This document shows, one piece after another, positions 1 to 9,302 of a stretch of DNA of 64,000 bases. Origin of the DNA: Candidatus Fervidifonticultor quintus (GTDB lineage Bacteria; Sysuimicrobiota; Sysuimicrobiia; Sysuimicrobiales; Humicultoraceae); NCBI GenBank assembly GCA_031459535.1, contig JAVKIJ010000006.1:1-64000 (forward strand), in the 5' to 3' direction. Every line of letters starts with the position of its first letter. Position 1 is the first letter of the stretch. The notes under the pieces were generated by a model. The model saw nothing but the letters and a program-made list of their open reading frames with translations, was not told where the DNA came from and made no database searches. The position numbers were made by a program, and so were the translations under genes.

Positions 1-745
<745 letters not shown>

Positions 746-767
746 CTACTGCAGCCAGCGCCCTCTC

Positions 768-1058
768 TTACGATAGCACGGTGTCGCAGCCGCCTGCCAT
801 GGCCGGGATGATGGAAACCTCGCTCTGCTCCTGCAGCGGGGTCTGGAGGCCCTGCTGCAGCCGCACATCCTCCTCGCCGACGAAGATGCTCACGAAGCGG
901 TGCAACTGGCCGTCTCCGTCCACCAGCCGGTCCCGCAGGCCGGGAAAGCGCCGGTCCAGCTCGGCGATCGCTGCGCCCACCGTGGGGGCCGAGACGACGA
1001 TCACCCGCTCGCCGTTGGTGAAGCGCCGCATGGGGGTTGGGATGCGAATGATGGCCAT
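768..1058 (-). CDS. MoaD/ThiS/CysO-family ubiquitin-like sulfur carrier protein
   Basis: IRIPTPMRRFT...IIPAMAGG signature, followed by a CDTVLS extension. Confidence 0.9.
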   Translation of the reverse strand: MAIIRIPTPMRRFTNGERVIVVSAPTVGAAIAELDRRFPGLRDRLVDGDGQLHRFVSIFVGEEDVRLQQGLQTPLQEQSEVSIIPAMAGGCDTVLS

Positions 1059-1070
1059 GCCCCACTCTCC

Positions 1071-2300
1071 TTACGCTGACACTGAAGCCAGGACGGCTTG
1101 CTCGAAGGCGCGAAGCGTGGGCCGGATGCGAATCGACGCGGGCAGGCTCTGGGCCACGGCCTCAGTGGTCTTGAGGCCCATGCCTGTGATCAGGGCGACG
1201 GTCACGCCGTCAGGGTCCAGCAGGCCGGTGGATGCCAGCTTGCGCAGCACGGCGACGGTGACGCCGCCTGCGGTCTCGGTGAAGATGCCCTCCGTCTCGG
1301 CCAGCAGCCGCATCCCCTCCACGATCTGCTCGTCGCTCGCCGCCTCGATGACCGCCCCGGTGGCCCGGGCCGCCGCGATGGCGTAACGTCCGTCGGCCGG
1401 GGTGCCGATGGCCAGCGAGTGCGCGATGGTCCTGGGGCGTACGGGCCGGATCTCGCCGCCGGTCGCGAACCCATCGGCCACCGGCGCGCATCCCGCCGCC
1501 TGCGCGCCGTGAATACGGGTGGTCGGCGCGGCGATGAGCCCCAGCGCTGCCAGCTCCTGGAAGCCCTTGTGAATCCTCACGTAGAGGTTGCCCGAGGCGA
1601 TGGGCACCACCACGGCGTCGGGCGCGCGCCACCCCAGCTGTTCGGCGACCTCGTAGGCCAGGGTCTTGCCGCCCTCGCTGTAGAACGGCCGCATGTTGAC
1701 GTTGAGGAAGGCCCAGTGGTGCTCCTCGCCGATCTCGGCGCACAACCGGTTGACTTCATCGTAGCCGCCCTCGACCTCGATGACGGTGGGACCGTAGATG
1801 GCCGAGGCCAGGATCTTGGCCGGCTCGATCCCCGCAGGGACGAACACGCAGGCCCGCATGCCCGCCCGCGCGGCGTGGGCTGCGACCGAGTTGGCCAGAT
1901 TGCCCGTCGACGCGCACGCCAGCACCGCATACCCGAAGCGCCTGGCGGCCGCCGCGCCGACCTCCACCGCCCGATCCTTGAACGACCACGTGGGGTTCAC
2001 CGAGTCGTTCTTGATGTAGAGCCGGCGTAGGCCCACCGCCTGACCCAGGCGCGGCGCCGGAATGAGCGGCGTGAGCCCCGGCGAGAGGTCCACGGCCGGG
2101 TCGTAGTCCACCGGAAGGAGATCAGCGTAGCGCCAGATCGACGGCGGCCCGGCCTCGATGCGCCGGCGCAGCGGCCGGCGCCGCAGCGCGCCCAGATCGT
2201 AGACTGGCTCCAGCGGACCCAGGCACTGCTCGCAGACATATACCGGGGCTGCGGGCACCTCCGCGCCGCACTCCCGACATCGTAACCGGTCGACCCCCAC
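1071..2300 (-). CDS. Threonine-synthase-family PLP enzyme; possibly O-phosphohomoserine sulfhydrylase (homocysteine synthase)
   Basis: NPTWSFKDR PLP-lysine motif, ASTGN, and N-terminal CxxC..CxxC. Context is a SAM riboswitch and a sulfur carrier. Confidence 0.85.
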   Translation of the reverse strand: MGVDRLRCRECGAEVPAAPVYVCEQCLGPLEPVYDLGALRRRPLRRRIEAGPPSIWRYADLLPVDYDPAVDLSPGLTPLIPAPRLGQAVGLRRLYIKNDSVNPTWSFKDRAVEVGAAAARRFGYAVLACASTGNLANSVAAHAARAGMRACVFVPAGIEPAKILASAIYGPTVIEVEGGYDEVNRLCAEIGEEHHWAFLNVNMRPFYSEGGKTLAYEVAEQLGWRAPDAVVVPIASGNLYVRIHKGFQELAALGLIAAPTTRIHGAQAAGCAPVADGFATGGEIRPVRPRTIAHSLAIGTPADGRYAIAAARATGAVIEAASDEQIVEGMRLLAETEGIFTETAGGVTVAVLRKLASTGLLDPDGVTVALITGMGLKTTEAVAQSLPASIRIRPTLRAFEQAVLASVSA

Positions 2301-2322
2301 CTCCGACCTCCTCTCCCGACGC

Positions 2323-3234
2323 TCAGCTGTCCAACGCGCCGCGTGACTCGATTGCGGTCACGATCACCCGGCTACTGACCCCTACCTGCGCAAACGCGCG
2401 ACGCATGGCCTCACCCACGGTCTGCGCCGCCTCCGGCGGGGTCAATGCGGCCACGGTGGGGCCTGAACCACTCAACGCCGCACCGTACGCGCCCGCCCGG
2501 GCGGCGGCCTCCACCACCGACGCAAACCCCGGCACCAACGGTGCGCGATAGGGCTGGTGGAGCCGGTCGCATAGCGCCCCGCGCAACAGATCGGGACGGC
2601 CCTGGGCCAGCGCCGCCACCAGCAGGGCGGCGTGTCCCAGGTTGAACACCGCATCCTGGAGCGTGACCCGCTCGGGCAGGACACGTCGCGCCGCAGCCGT
2701 CTCGATCTCGAGGGCCGGGACCGCCAGGACGACGGCCAGCGGCAGCGACGGGACGATGCGCGACCAGCGCAGCGCCTCGCCGTTGCGGGCGATGACCACC
2801 AGGCCCCCCAACAGGGCGGCAGCCACGTTGTCCGGATGGCCTTCGAGGGCGACCGCCAGGTCCAGCAGCGCCTGGGTGCCCAGCGGCGCCTCCAGCAGCC
2901 GCGCCGCGGCCACCGCGCCTCCCACGATGGCCGCGGCACTGCTGCCCAGGCCGCCCCGCAGTGGAATGGGGAAGTACGCGCGCAGTTCGAAGGCATCGGG
3001 GTATCCCACCGTCCGTGCCACGGCCGCCGCGCTCCGATAGATGAGATTGCTGGCATCCTGCGGGACGCGCACGCCGGTCACTGCGACTTCCGGCGTGCTG
3101 GCCCGGGCCAGTGTGATCTCCGCGCGCACGCCGATGGCCGCAGCCAAGCAGTCGAAGCCCGCGCCCAGATTCGCCACCGACGCCGGAACGCTCACCCTGA
3201 CCTGCTCGGATGGAATGGCCACGTGTGCCCCCAT
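2323..3234 (-). CDS. thrB: Homoserine kinase
   Basis: VPASVANLGAGFD, IPLRGGLGSSAA, EGHPDN and LSGSGPT motifs. Start moved to ATG 3234 because the longer start lies inside the riboswitch terminator. Confidence 0.92.
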   Translation of the reverse strand: MGAHVAIPSEQVRVSVPASVANLGAGFDCLAAAIGVRAEITLARASTPEVAVTGVRVPQDASNLIYRSAAAVARTVGYPDAFELRAYFPIPLRGGLGSSAAAIVGGAVAAARLLEAPLGTQALLDLAVALEGHPDNVAAALLGGLVVIARNGEALRWSRIVPSLPLAVVLAVPALEIETAAARRVLPERVTLQDAVFNLGHAALLVAALAQGRPDLLRGALCDRLHQPYRAPLVPGFASVVEAAARAGAYGAALSGSGPTVAALTPPEAAQTVGEAMRRAFAQVGVSSRVIVTAIESRGALDS

Positions 3235-3242
3235 GTATACAG

Positions 3243-3275
3243 AAATCCCCTCCACTTCCTGCTGCTGGAGGGGAT
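3243..3275 (-). terminator. Intrinsic terminator of the riboswitch expression platform
   Basis: Minus strand ATCCCCTCCA-11 nt-TGGAGGGGAT followed by TTCT, directly after aptamer helix P1. Confidence 0.75.
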
Positions 3276-3281
3276 CTCACC

Positions 3282-3383
3282 CTCTTATCCGCCGGAACCG
3301 GATTCCGCGGGGGTTGGCACCTTACCGGATCGGCAGGTTGCCGGGGGTCATCGGGCCCGTCCCTCACCCACTCTTGATAAGAG
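3282..3383 (-). ncRNA. SAM-I (S-box) riboswitch
   Basis: Minus strand CTCTTATCAAGAGTGGGTGAGGGACGGGCCCGATGACCCCCGGCAACC...AAGGTGCCAACCCC...GGATAAGAG. P1 closes CTCTTATC/GATAAGAG and the S-box core words are present. Confidence 0.93.
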
Positions 3384-3402
3384 AACGTATTCGGTTGCGG
3401 TT

Positions 3403-3431
3403 AGCGTACCATACTCCTGCGGGAGCGTCAA
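3403..3431 (-). promoter_or_regulatory. Sigma70-type promoter for the riboswitch operon
   Basis: TTGACG-17 nt-TACGCT with an extended -10 TG, about 20 nt upstream of the aptamer. Confidence 0.7.
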
Positions 3432-3455
3432 CGCAAGTCGGGCGTCGACGCCAGC

Positions 3456-4751
3456 TCAGGCGGCGGTCACCCCCATGCCTTGCGCCGACGGCGCGTGCAG
3501 GTTGCGCGCGGCCACGAACGCGAGCCCGGCCTCGGTCAGCGCCCGGGCCGTGGCGTTCATCGCGTTGTGCTTGTCCAGGTAGTTGCGCTCCAACAGCGGC
3601 ATCTGACCGCTGGCCAACACTTCCGCCTTCTCGCGGAAGTAGTCCAGGACATCGGACGGATGCTCGCGGGTCTGCTCGACCTCCGGGTCGCCTCCCTCGT
3701 GCTTGGCCGAGATGTTGGGCACGCGCGGGGCGATCTCGACCAGTTCAGCCCGCCGGTTGTAAGGCTGGCGCACGATGCTCTTCCACGTCTCGGTGATGTG
3801 GTGCTCGAAGCGCACGACGCCCTCCAGCCCGAGGGCCCGTCGAACGTACGCGCACAGCTCGATGGTCTGGTTGTTGACCGAGTTGCTGAAGTTGAAGCCG
3901 ACCAAGGGCGTCGTGCCGTCCGGGCGGGCGAAGAGCCTGGCGCCGATCAGCGTCCACAGCACCGAGTATGGGTTGTCGTTGCCCATGAACACCGAGATCT
4001 TGAACTCGAGGTTCACGCCGAGCCGGTAGAGGAGATAGCCGAGCAGCACCGTGCCCGGGTTGATGTTCAGCGCCTGGGTGATTCCATACGTGGTGTAGTA
4101 ATAGAGAAACTCCTCGAGCCACATCAGGGCATGGTCGTTGGGCTGACCGATGCCACCGAAGTACCCGGTGATGGTCTCCGGGCCGCCCAGGTGCACGTTC
4201 GAGCCGTCGGTGCCCTTGGTGTCCAGCGTCTCGACGTGGCTGGCGCCGATGATCTGCGCCGCGGCGGCCATGGCCAGCAGATCGTCGGCTTCTGACTCCT
4301 TCATCCTGCGCACCCGGATGATACGGCCGGGCATGAGCTCGCCGTTGGCTGCGGCCTGCCGGGCCTCGGCGATCAGCCAGGGGAAGTACTGGCAGGCGCT
4401 GATCTCCAGGGTCACGGCCGTGCGCTCGTCGAACGCCATGGCGTCCGCGCGCGGGCCCAGCACGCGCCGGCGGTAGTCCGGGATGCTGATGAACGCGCCA
4501 CGGTCGCGCGCCTCGATCAGCCAGCGCAGGTCGGTCAGGTACGGCGACTGCTGGGCTTCCAGGCGCCCAAGCCGCGCCGACAGGTCGGAGGCGGCGTCGG
4601 CGCGGCGGTTGATCTCCTGGGGGCCCCCGTACTTGTGCACGATGTCCAGCACGGCCCGCACGACTGGGTTGTGGGCATCCAGGAGCAGCGCGTTGATGGC
4701 GTCAAGGTTCTCTTCCGGGATGCGCAGCCGCTCTTGCAGCAGGTCGGTCAT
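3456..4751 (-). CDS. Uncharacterised 431-aa protein
   Basis: Long soluble-looking ORF. ATG 4751 overlaps the upstream stop (ATGA) and has a GGGAGG RBS. No family recognised. Confidence 0.8.
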   Translation of the reverse strand: MTDLLQERLRIPEENLDAINALLLDAHNPVVRAVLDIVHKYGGPQEINRRADAASDLSARLGRLEAQQSPYLTDLRWLIEARDRGAFISIPDYRRRVLGPRADAMAFDERTAVTLEISACQYFPWLIAEARQAAANGELMPGRIIRVRRMKESEADDLLAMAAAAQIIGASHVETLDTKGTDGSNVHLGGPETITGYFGGIGQPNDHALMWLEEFLYYYTTYGITQALNINPGTVLLGYLLYRLGVNLEFKISVFMGNDNPYSVLWTLIGARLFARPDGTTPLVGFNFSNSVNNQTIELCAYVRRALGLEGVVRFEHHITETWKSIVRQPYNRRAELVEIAPRVPNISAKHEGGDPEVEQTREHPSDVLDYFREKAEVLASGQMPLLERNYLDKHNAMNATARALTEAGLAFVAARNLHAPSAQGMGVTAA

Positions 4752-5782
4752 GGTATCCCTCCCTCTCGCATGCGCATCGACACCCCGGCCAGCAACTCCA
4801 GGGCGCGTGCCGCCCCGTCCTCTGAGAGGGTGGCGGTCCCGCACGCCGGGGTCAGGAGCGCGGCGGACCGGAGCGCGGCGGGCGACACCCCTTTGGACGC
4901 CACGAGCCGCATGGCGGCCCGGAACCGCTCGGTCAGGCTGTCCACCGACTCCCGCATCACCTGCGCGTCGTCACCCGTGGGGACGATCCCCCACGCGATG
5001 AGGCCGCCGCGCTCCAGGAACGCGCTGACGGCCGCAGGATACAGCGACAGGGTCTCGGCGAAGTTGTAGGCGTCGAAGTTCAGGATGTCGACCGAGGTCT
5101 CCAGGATTAGCGACCAATCGGTGTTGCCGCAGCAGTGGATGCCCTTCAAGCCTTCCAGGCCGCGGAAGACCTCCTCGAGCAGCGCGATCACCTCGTGGCG
5201 CTCAATGGCCACAAACGCGGAGCCGAACGACGCCAGGTAGGGCTCGTCCACGAAGATGATGGTCTGGGGGTGGAGCTGGCGAAGTTCCCGCTCCTGCCAG
5301 GCGGCCTGCAGGCGCAGGTGCTTGGCTACCGCATCGGCCAGGACGTCGTCGTAGAGGACGGCGCGGCGGTCCTGGTCGGTCACCGTGAGGCCCCAGCTGA
5401 TTGGGCCCACGATCTGGCCCTTTATGGCCACGGCAGAGTCGAAGCGCAGTGTCAGGAAGTGCGCGAGCCCTGCGGCGTCGGCGAGGTCCATCGCCGATCC
5501 GTCCAGGTCGTTGTCGAGATAGCGCACATACAGCCGCTCGAGGTCTCGGTCCAGGTCGCGCCGGCGATCCACATACACCCGCCCACCTTCCACCACGATG
5601 CCTGGGAACCCCCGGCTGAACTGGGCGTACATGCTCTCCCGCAGCCCGCGGCGGGGCAACTGCGGCCAGGCGGGAATCTCGGGGAGGTATCGCCGGACCA
5701 GGGCGCAGGCTGCCGCAGGATCGCTGTGCGGCAGGCTGCCCACCGCGGTGGCGAGGAACCCTGGGTGAAAGGCGGGGTTCAC
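4748..5782 (-). CDS. Core (catalytic-domain-only) cobalamin-independent-type methionine synthase, MesB-like
   Basis: TAVGSLPH, KGQIVGP, FVDEP, and Zn ligands GIHCCG and LTPACG. At 344 aa it lacks the folate-binding half of MetE. Confidence 0.82.
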   Translation of the reverse strand: MNPAFHPGFLATAVGSLPHSDPAAACALVRRYLPEIPAWPQLPRRGLRESMYAQFSRGFPGIVVEGGRVYVDRRRDLDRDLERLYVRYLDNDLDGSAMDLADAAGLAHFLTLRFDSAVAIKGQIVGPISWGLTVTDQDRRAVLYDDVLADAVAKHLRLQAAWQERELRQLHPQTIIFVDEPYLASFGSAFVAIERHEVIALLEEVFRGLEGLKGIHCCGNTDWSLILETSVDILNFDAYNFAETLSLYPAAVSAFLERGGLIAWGIVPTGDDAQVMRESVDSLTERFRAAMRLVASKGVSPAALRSAALLTPACGTATLSEDGAARALELLAGVSMRMREGGIP

Positions 5783-6627
5783 AGCATCCGCTTCAGTTCC
5801 TCAAACTGCGCGTCGTCGATCCCGAACCAATGCTCCGGCTGCGGGAACTGGCGGCCGACCACCTCCGCCACATAGGTCTTCAGCCCCTTGAGGATGACCT
5901 CGCCGGCGTTGCCGTAGACCTTGGCCATCTTGGGCTTGAAGCGCGGGTAGAGGCCGAACATATCGTGGAAGATCAGCAACTGCCCGTGGGCGTGCGGACC
6001 CGACCCCAGGCTGATGATGGGGATGCCAGCCCGCTCGGTAATGAGCTGGCAGACCCGGTCGGGGACCAGCTCCAACAGGATCGAAAACGCCCCGGCCTCT
6101 TCCAGGGCCCGGGCGGAATCCACGATCTTCTTGGCACGGGCTGCGTCGCGACCCTGCACCCGGAAACCGCCCAAGGCGGTGGCGCTCTGCGGGGTCAGCC
6201 CGAGGTGACCCATCACGGGGATCCCGGCCCGGGCGATGGCTTCCACCCGGTCGGCCATCTCCCCTCCGCCCTCCAGCTTGACGGCATCGCACGCGGCCTC
6301 GGCCATGAAGCGGCCGGCATTGCGCACCGCGGCCTCGATCGAGGGCTGATACGACATATACGGCATGTCGCCGATGAGCCAGGACGTCGGCGATCCGCGC
6401 CGGACGGCCTGGGCGTGACGGATCATGTCCTCCATGGTCACGGGCAGCGTGGTCTCATAGCCCAGCAGGGTCATCCCCAGGCTGTCGCCCACCAGGACCA
6501 TGTCCACGCCGGCCTTCTCCACCAGGTCGGCCATGGCGTAGTCGTAGCACGTGATCATGGTGATGGGGATGCCGTCGGACATCTTCTTGAGGAGAACGGG
6601 GAGGGTGACCTTCTTGCGCTCGCTCAT
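5779..6627 (-). CDS. panB: 3-methyl-2-oxobutanoate hydroxymethyltransferase
   Basis: MITCYD, LVGDSLGM, DMPYMSY, AVKLEGG and GHLGLTPQ motifs. Confidence 0.97.
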   Translation of the reverse strand: MSERKKVTLPVLLKKMSDGIPITMITCYDYAMADLVEKAGVDMVLVGDSLGMTLLGYETTLPVTMEDMIRHAQAVRRGSPTSWLIGDMPYMSYQPSIEAAVRNAGRFMAEAACDAVKLEGGGEMADRVEAIARAGIPVMGHLGLTPQSATALGGFRVQGRDAARAKKIVDSARALEEAGAFSILLELVPDRVCQLITERAGIPIISLGSGPHAHGQLLIFHDMFGLYPRFKPKMAKVYGNAGEVILKGLKTYVAEVVGRQFPQPEHWFGIDDAQFEELKRML

Positions 6628-6714
6628 GGCAGCGCCCCCTTTCCCCTTCAGTGTGGCAGCCTGCCCGCGCCGATGCCTATCGGATGCAGACCGTACCGGC
6701 CCTCAACCGGCCCA

Positions 6715-7110
6715 TCAAATGGACCCGCCGAGCACGAACCCCAGGACCAGCAGGGCCAGCACGATGGCGGACGCCAGCGCATAGCCCCTCTCGCCGTTCC
6801 GCAGGAAGAAGTACCCGGCGGCGGCCACCCGCAAGATCGGCGTGCCGATCAGCAGCAGCACCCCCAGCAGGATCACCGCCACCGGATCGCCACGGGCGGC
6901 ACCGCGGACCGCCGCGCCGACCGAGGTCGGCGTCCCGGCCAGCGTCACCCCCCGTTCCGAGAGGAGCTGGCCCAACAGCGCCCGCGTGCCGGATCCGGCC
7001 AGCATCAGCAGGCCCAGGCCCAGGGCGATCACCGCGGCCGAGGCCAGGACGCCGCCCAGCAGGATCGCCCCCACAACGTCCTCGAGGTCACGACGAGGCC
7101 GCGCGCTCAC
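6715..7110 (-). CDS. DUF1634-like membrane protein
   Basis: Three TM helices and LLLIGTPILRV; overlaps the TSUP gene stop. Confidence 0.8.
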   Translation of the reverse strand: MSARPRRDLEDVVGAILLGGVLASAAVIALGLGLLMLAGSGTRALLGQLLSERGVTLAGTPTSVGAAVRGAARGDPVAVILLGVLLLIGTPILRVAAAGYFFLRNGERGYALASAIVLALLVLGFVLGGSI

Positions 7111-7946
7111 ACCCGCAGCCCTCGCAGCACCATGGCGATCCCCACATAGAGCAGCACGGGCACGAACAGCAGCCGCAGGGTTTGGGATCGCAGCCGGACC
7201 ATCACCCTGGTCCCTATCAGGGCGCCGACCAGCACCCCGAGCGCCACCGGCGCGGCCACCAGCGGGTTGATCTCACCCCGCGCGACGTAGACGCCTGCGC
7301 TGGCGGCCGCCGTGACGCCGATCATGAAGTTGCTCGTCGCCGTGGACACCTTGAGGGGCAGGCGCATCATCACATCCATGGCGAGCACGTTGAAGATGCC
7401 GCTGCCGATGCCCAGCAGACCCGAGAGCACGCCGGCAATGTACATCATGCCGCTCCCCAGCCCCACCCGCCTGGCTACATACGTGACCTCCCGGCCCGAT
7501 GGCCCGTCCACGAACGTCCCCCGCAGGCCGAGCCGGAGCGCCAGGGGGTCCGGCGGACCGAGCTCGGGCAGGTCCACGCCCCGCCGCAACACCATCGCCA
7601 CCGCCGAATAGACCAGCAGGCCGCCGAAGATGAGGTACAGCCAGCGGGGCGCCAGCAGTCCGGCCAGGTAGGCGCCGGACAGCGCGCCGGCGACCGAGGT
7701 CACCTGCAGGACCGTGCCGATCCGGACGTTCGTGAGCCGGTCGCGCACGTACGCCGCGGCGGACCCGCTGCTGGTGGCGATCACCGACACCAGGCTCGCA
7801 CCGATGGCGTACTTGATGTTGACGTGGAAGAGCAGCGTCAGCGCCGGAATCAGGAAGATGCCGCCGCCGAGCCCGAACAGCGCGCCAAGGAGGCCCGCCC
7901 CTACTGCCAGCGCGGCGACGGTGGCGATGAAGACCAGAGGGTCCAT
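7107..7946 (-). CDS. Sulfite exporter TauE/SafE (TSUP) family transporter
   Basis: Repeated GLGGG/GIGSG halves, AIGASLVSVIATSSGSA and STATSNFMIGVTA. Confidence 0.9.
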   Translation of the reverse strand: MDPLVFIATVAALAVGAGLLGALFGLGGGIFLIPALTLLFHVNIKYAIGASLVSVIATSSGSAAAYVRDRLTNVRIGTVLQVTSVAGALSGAYLAGLLAPRWLYLIFGGLLVYSAVAMVLRRGVDLPELGPPDPLALRLGLRGTFVDGPSGREVTYVARRVGLGSGMMYIAGVLSGLLGIGSGIFNVLAMDVMMRLPLKVSTATSNFMIGVTAAASAGVYVARGEINPLVAAPVALGVLVGALIGTRVMVRLRSQTLRLLFVPVLLYVGIAMVLRGLRV

Positions 7947-7985
7947 CAGGCGCGCCTCCGCGGCTCGATTCGTCGCGCCGCGCGC

Positions 7986-8840
7986 TCAGGCGGCGTCACT
8001 GCGGAAGATGGGCTCCAACGACTGGCTGCGCGCGGCCAGATCCACAGCCTCCTCGGCGGAGAGCGGCGCAAACCGGTCTGCGGCGTCACACATCCACCAC
8101 AGCAGGTCGGGGTAGCCCGGGCTCAGGGCCGCGGTCACCGGCAGGGAGAGCACGAACCGCAGCGCCAGGGCGGCTTCCTTGTACGACTCCACCGGAGCAT
8201 ACCAGCACTTGGGGCGGACGCGCGCCTCACCCTCTGCGAGCCGCCGGCGGCCCAGCGCCTTCAACCCCAGGATGCCCGCGCCGCGCGCACGGGCCCGCTC
8301 CACCACCCGCGGACCGAAGCGCCCGTGGTGCCACGAGACCCAGTTGAGCGGAAAGAGCACGCTGTCAAAGTCGAACCGGTCCACCAGGGCCAGCGCCGCC
8401 GGCTCCGAGTGGGCGGAGAACCCGATGAACCGAACCAGGCCGCGCGCTCTCGCCTCGAGGAATGCCTCCATCGCGCCGCCGGGTCCCAGGATCCGCTCGA
8501 CGTCCTCTCTCGTGGTGACGGCGTGGTGCTGGTAGAGGTCAACATGGTCGGTCCGCAGGCGCCGCAACGACGCCCGTAGTTCGGCGGCAGCCTCCTCCCG
8601 GGTGCGCTTGAGGGTCTTGCAGGCCAGGAACACCTGGTCGCGGTACGGTTCGAGCGCCGGGCCCAGCCGTTCTTCGGCGTTGCCGTACGACGGCGCTACA
8701 TCGAAGTAGTTGATGCCGCGCTCGATGGCGGCCGCCACCAACCGGGCGGCCTGCTCGGGGGTCTCGTCCATGACGAGGATGCCGCCGAACCCCACGACCG
8801 ATAGCGCCTCGCCCGTGCTGCCCAACATTCGTCGCTCCAC
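7986..8840 (-). CDS. Aldo/keto reductase
   Basis: GINYFDVAPSYG, LRRLRTDHVDLYQHH and VRFIGFSAH. Probable GTG start at 8840 after GGGAGGGAG. Confidence 0.9.
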   Translation of the reverse strand: MERRMLGSTGEALSVVGFGGILVMDETPEQAARLVAAAIERGINYFDVAPSYGNAEERLGPALEPYRDQVFLACKTLKRTREEAAAELRASLRRLRTDHVDLYQHHAVTTREDVERILGPGGAMEAFLEARARGLVRFIGFSAHSEPAALALVDRFDFDSVLFPLNWVSWHHGRFGPRVVERARARGAGILGLKALGRRRLAEGEARVRPKCWYAPVESYKEAALALRFVLSLPVTAALSPGYPDLLWWMCDAADRFAPLSAEEAVDLAARSQSLEPIFRSDAA

Positions 8841-9302
8841 GACGCTCCCTCCCCAATCGCGGCCCGCACGGTGCGCCTCTGTACAGGCAAGCGCCCGCAC
8901 CCGCAGTGCTGACCCCGATAGGTAAGTTACGCCGTCGACCGACACCGGCCCTGGGAAGAGACCACCACCCTTCCCTCATGGAGGCTCCCTGCGCACTATT
9001 TCCTAGATTCCCGCGCCAGATGGACGATTGGCTGGAGTGGCCAGCGTGGAGCGGGCCGTTGCTGAAGACACGTGCGCCAGGCCCAGCGGGTGCCGACCAA
9101 CAGCCGGCGCACTAGCCAACAGGCGACAACCGGTCTGGACAGCTGCAAGTATGCGAGGCGGCAAAGTCGCCTGCGCGGGCGAGACGGCGCCCCCATCTGG
9201 CTCGGCCTGGGAGTGCTGGTCGCGAACACAGACCCACCGGTGTGCTCGTCAAGGCCGCACGCAGAAGGGAAATGGAGATCGCTATCGGCGTTCCTCGATT
9301 CG

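Noticed and set aside
8950-9300. Expected third attC after the AlbA_2 cassette
   Set aside because: No R'' matching the cassette start (GCCCAAC) and no convincing R''-L''-L'-R' palindrome.
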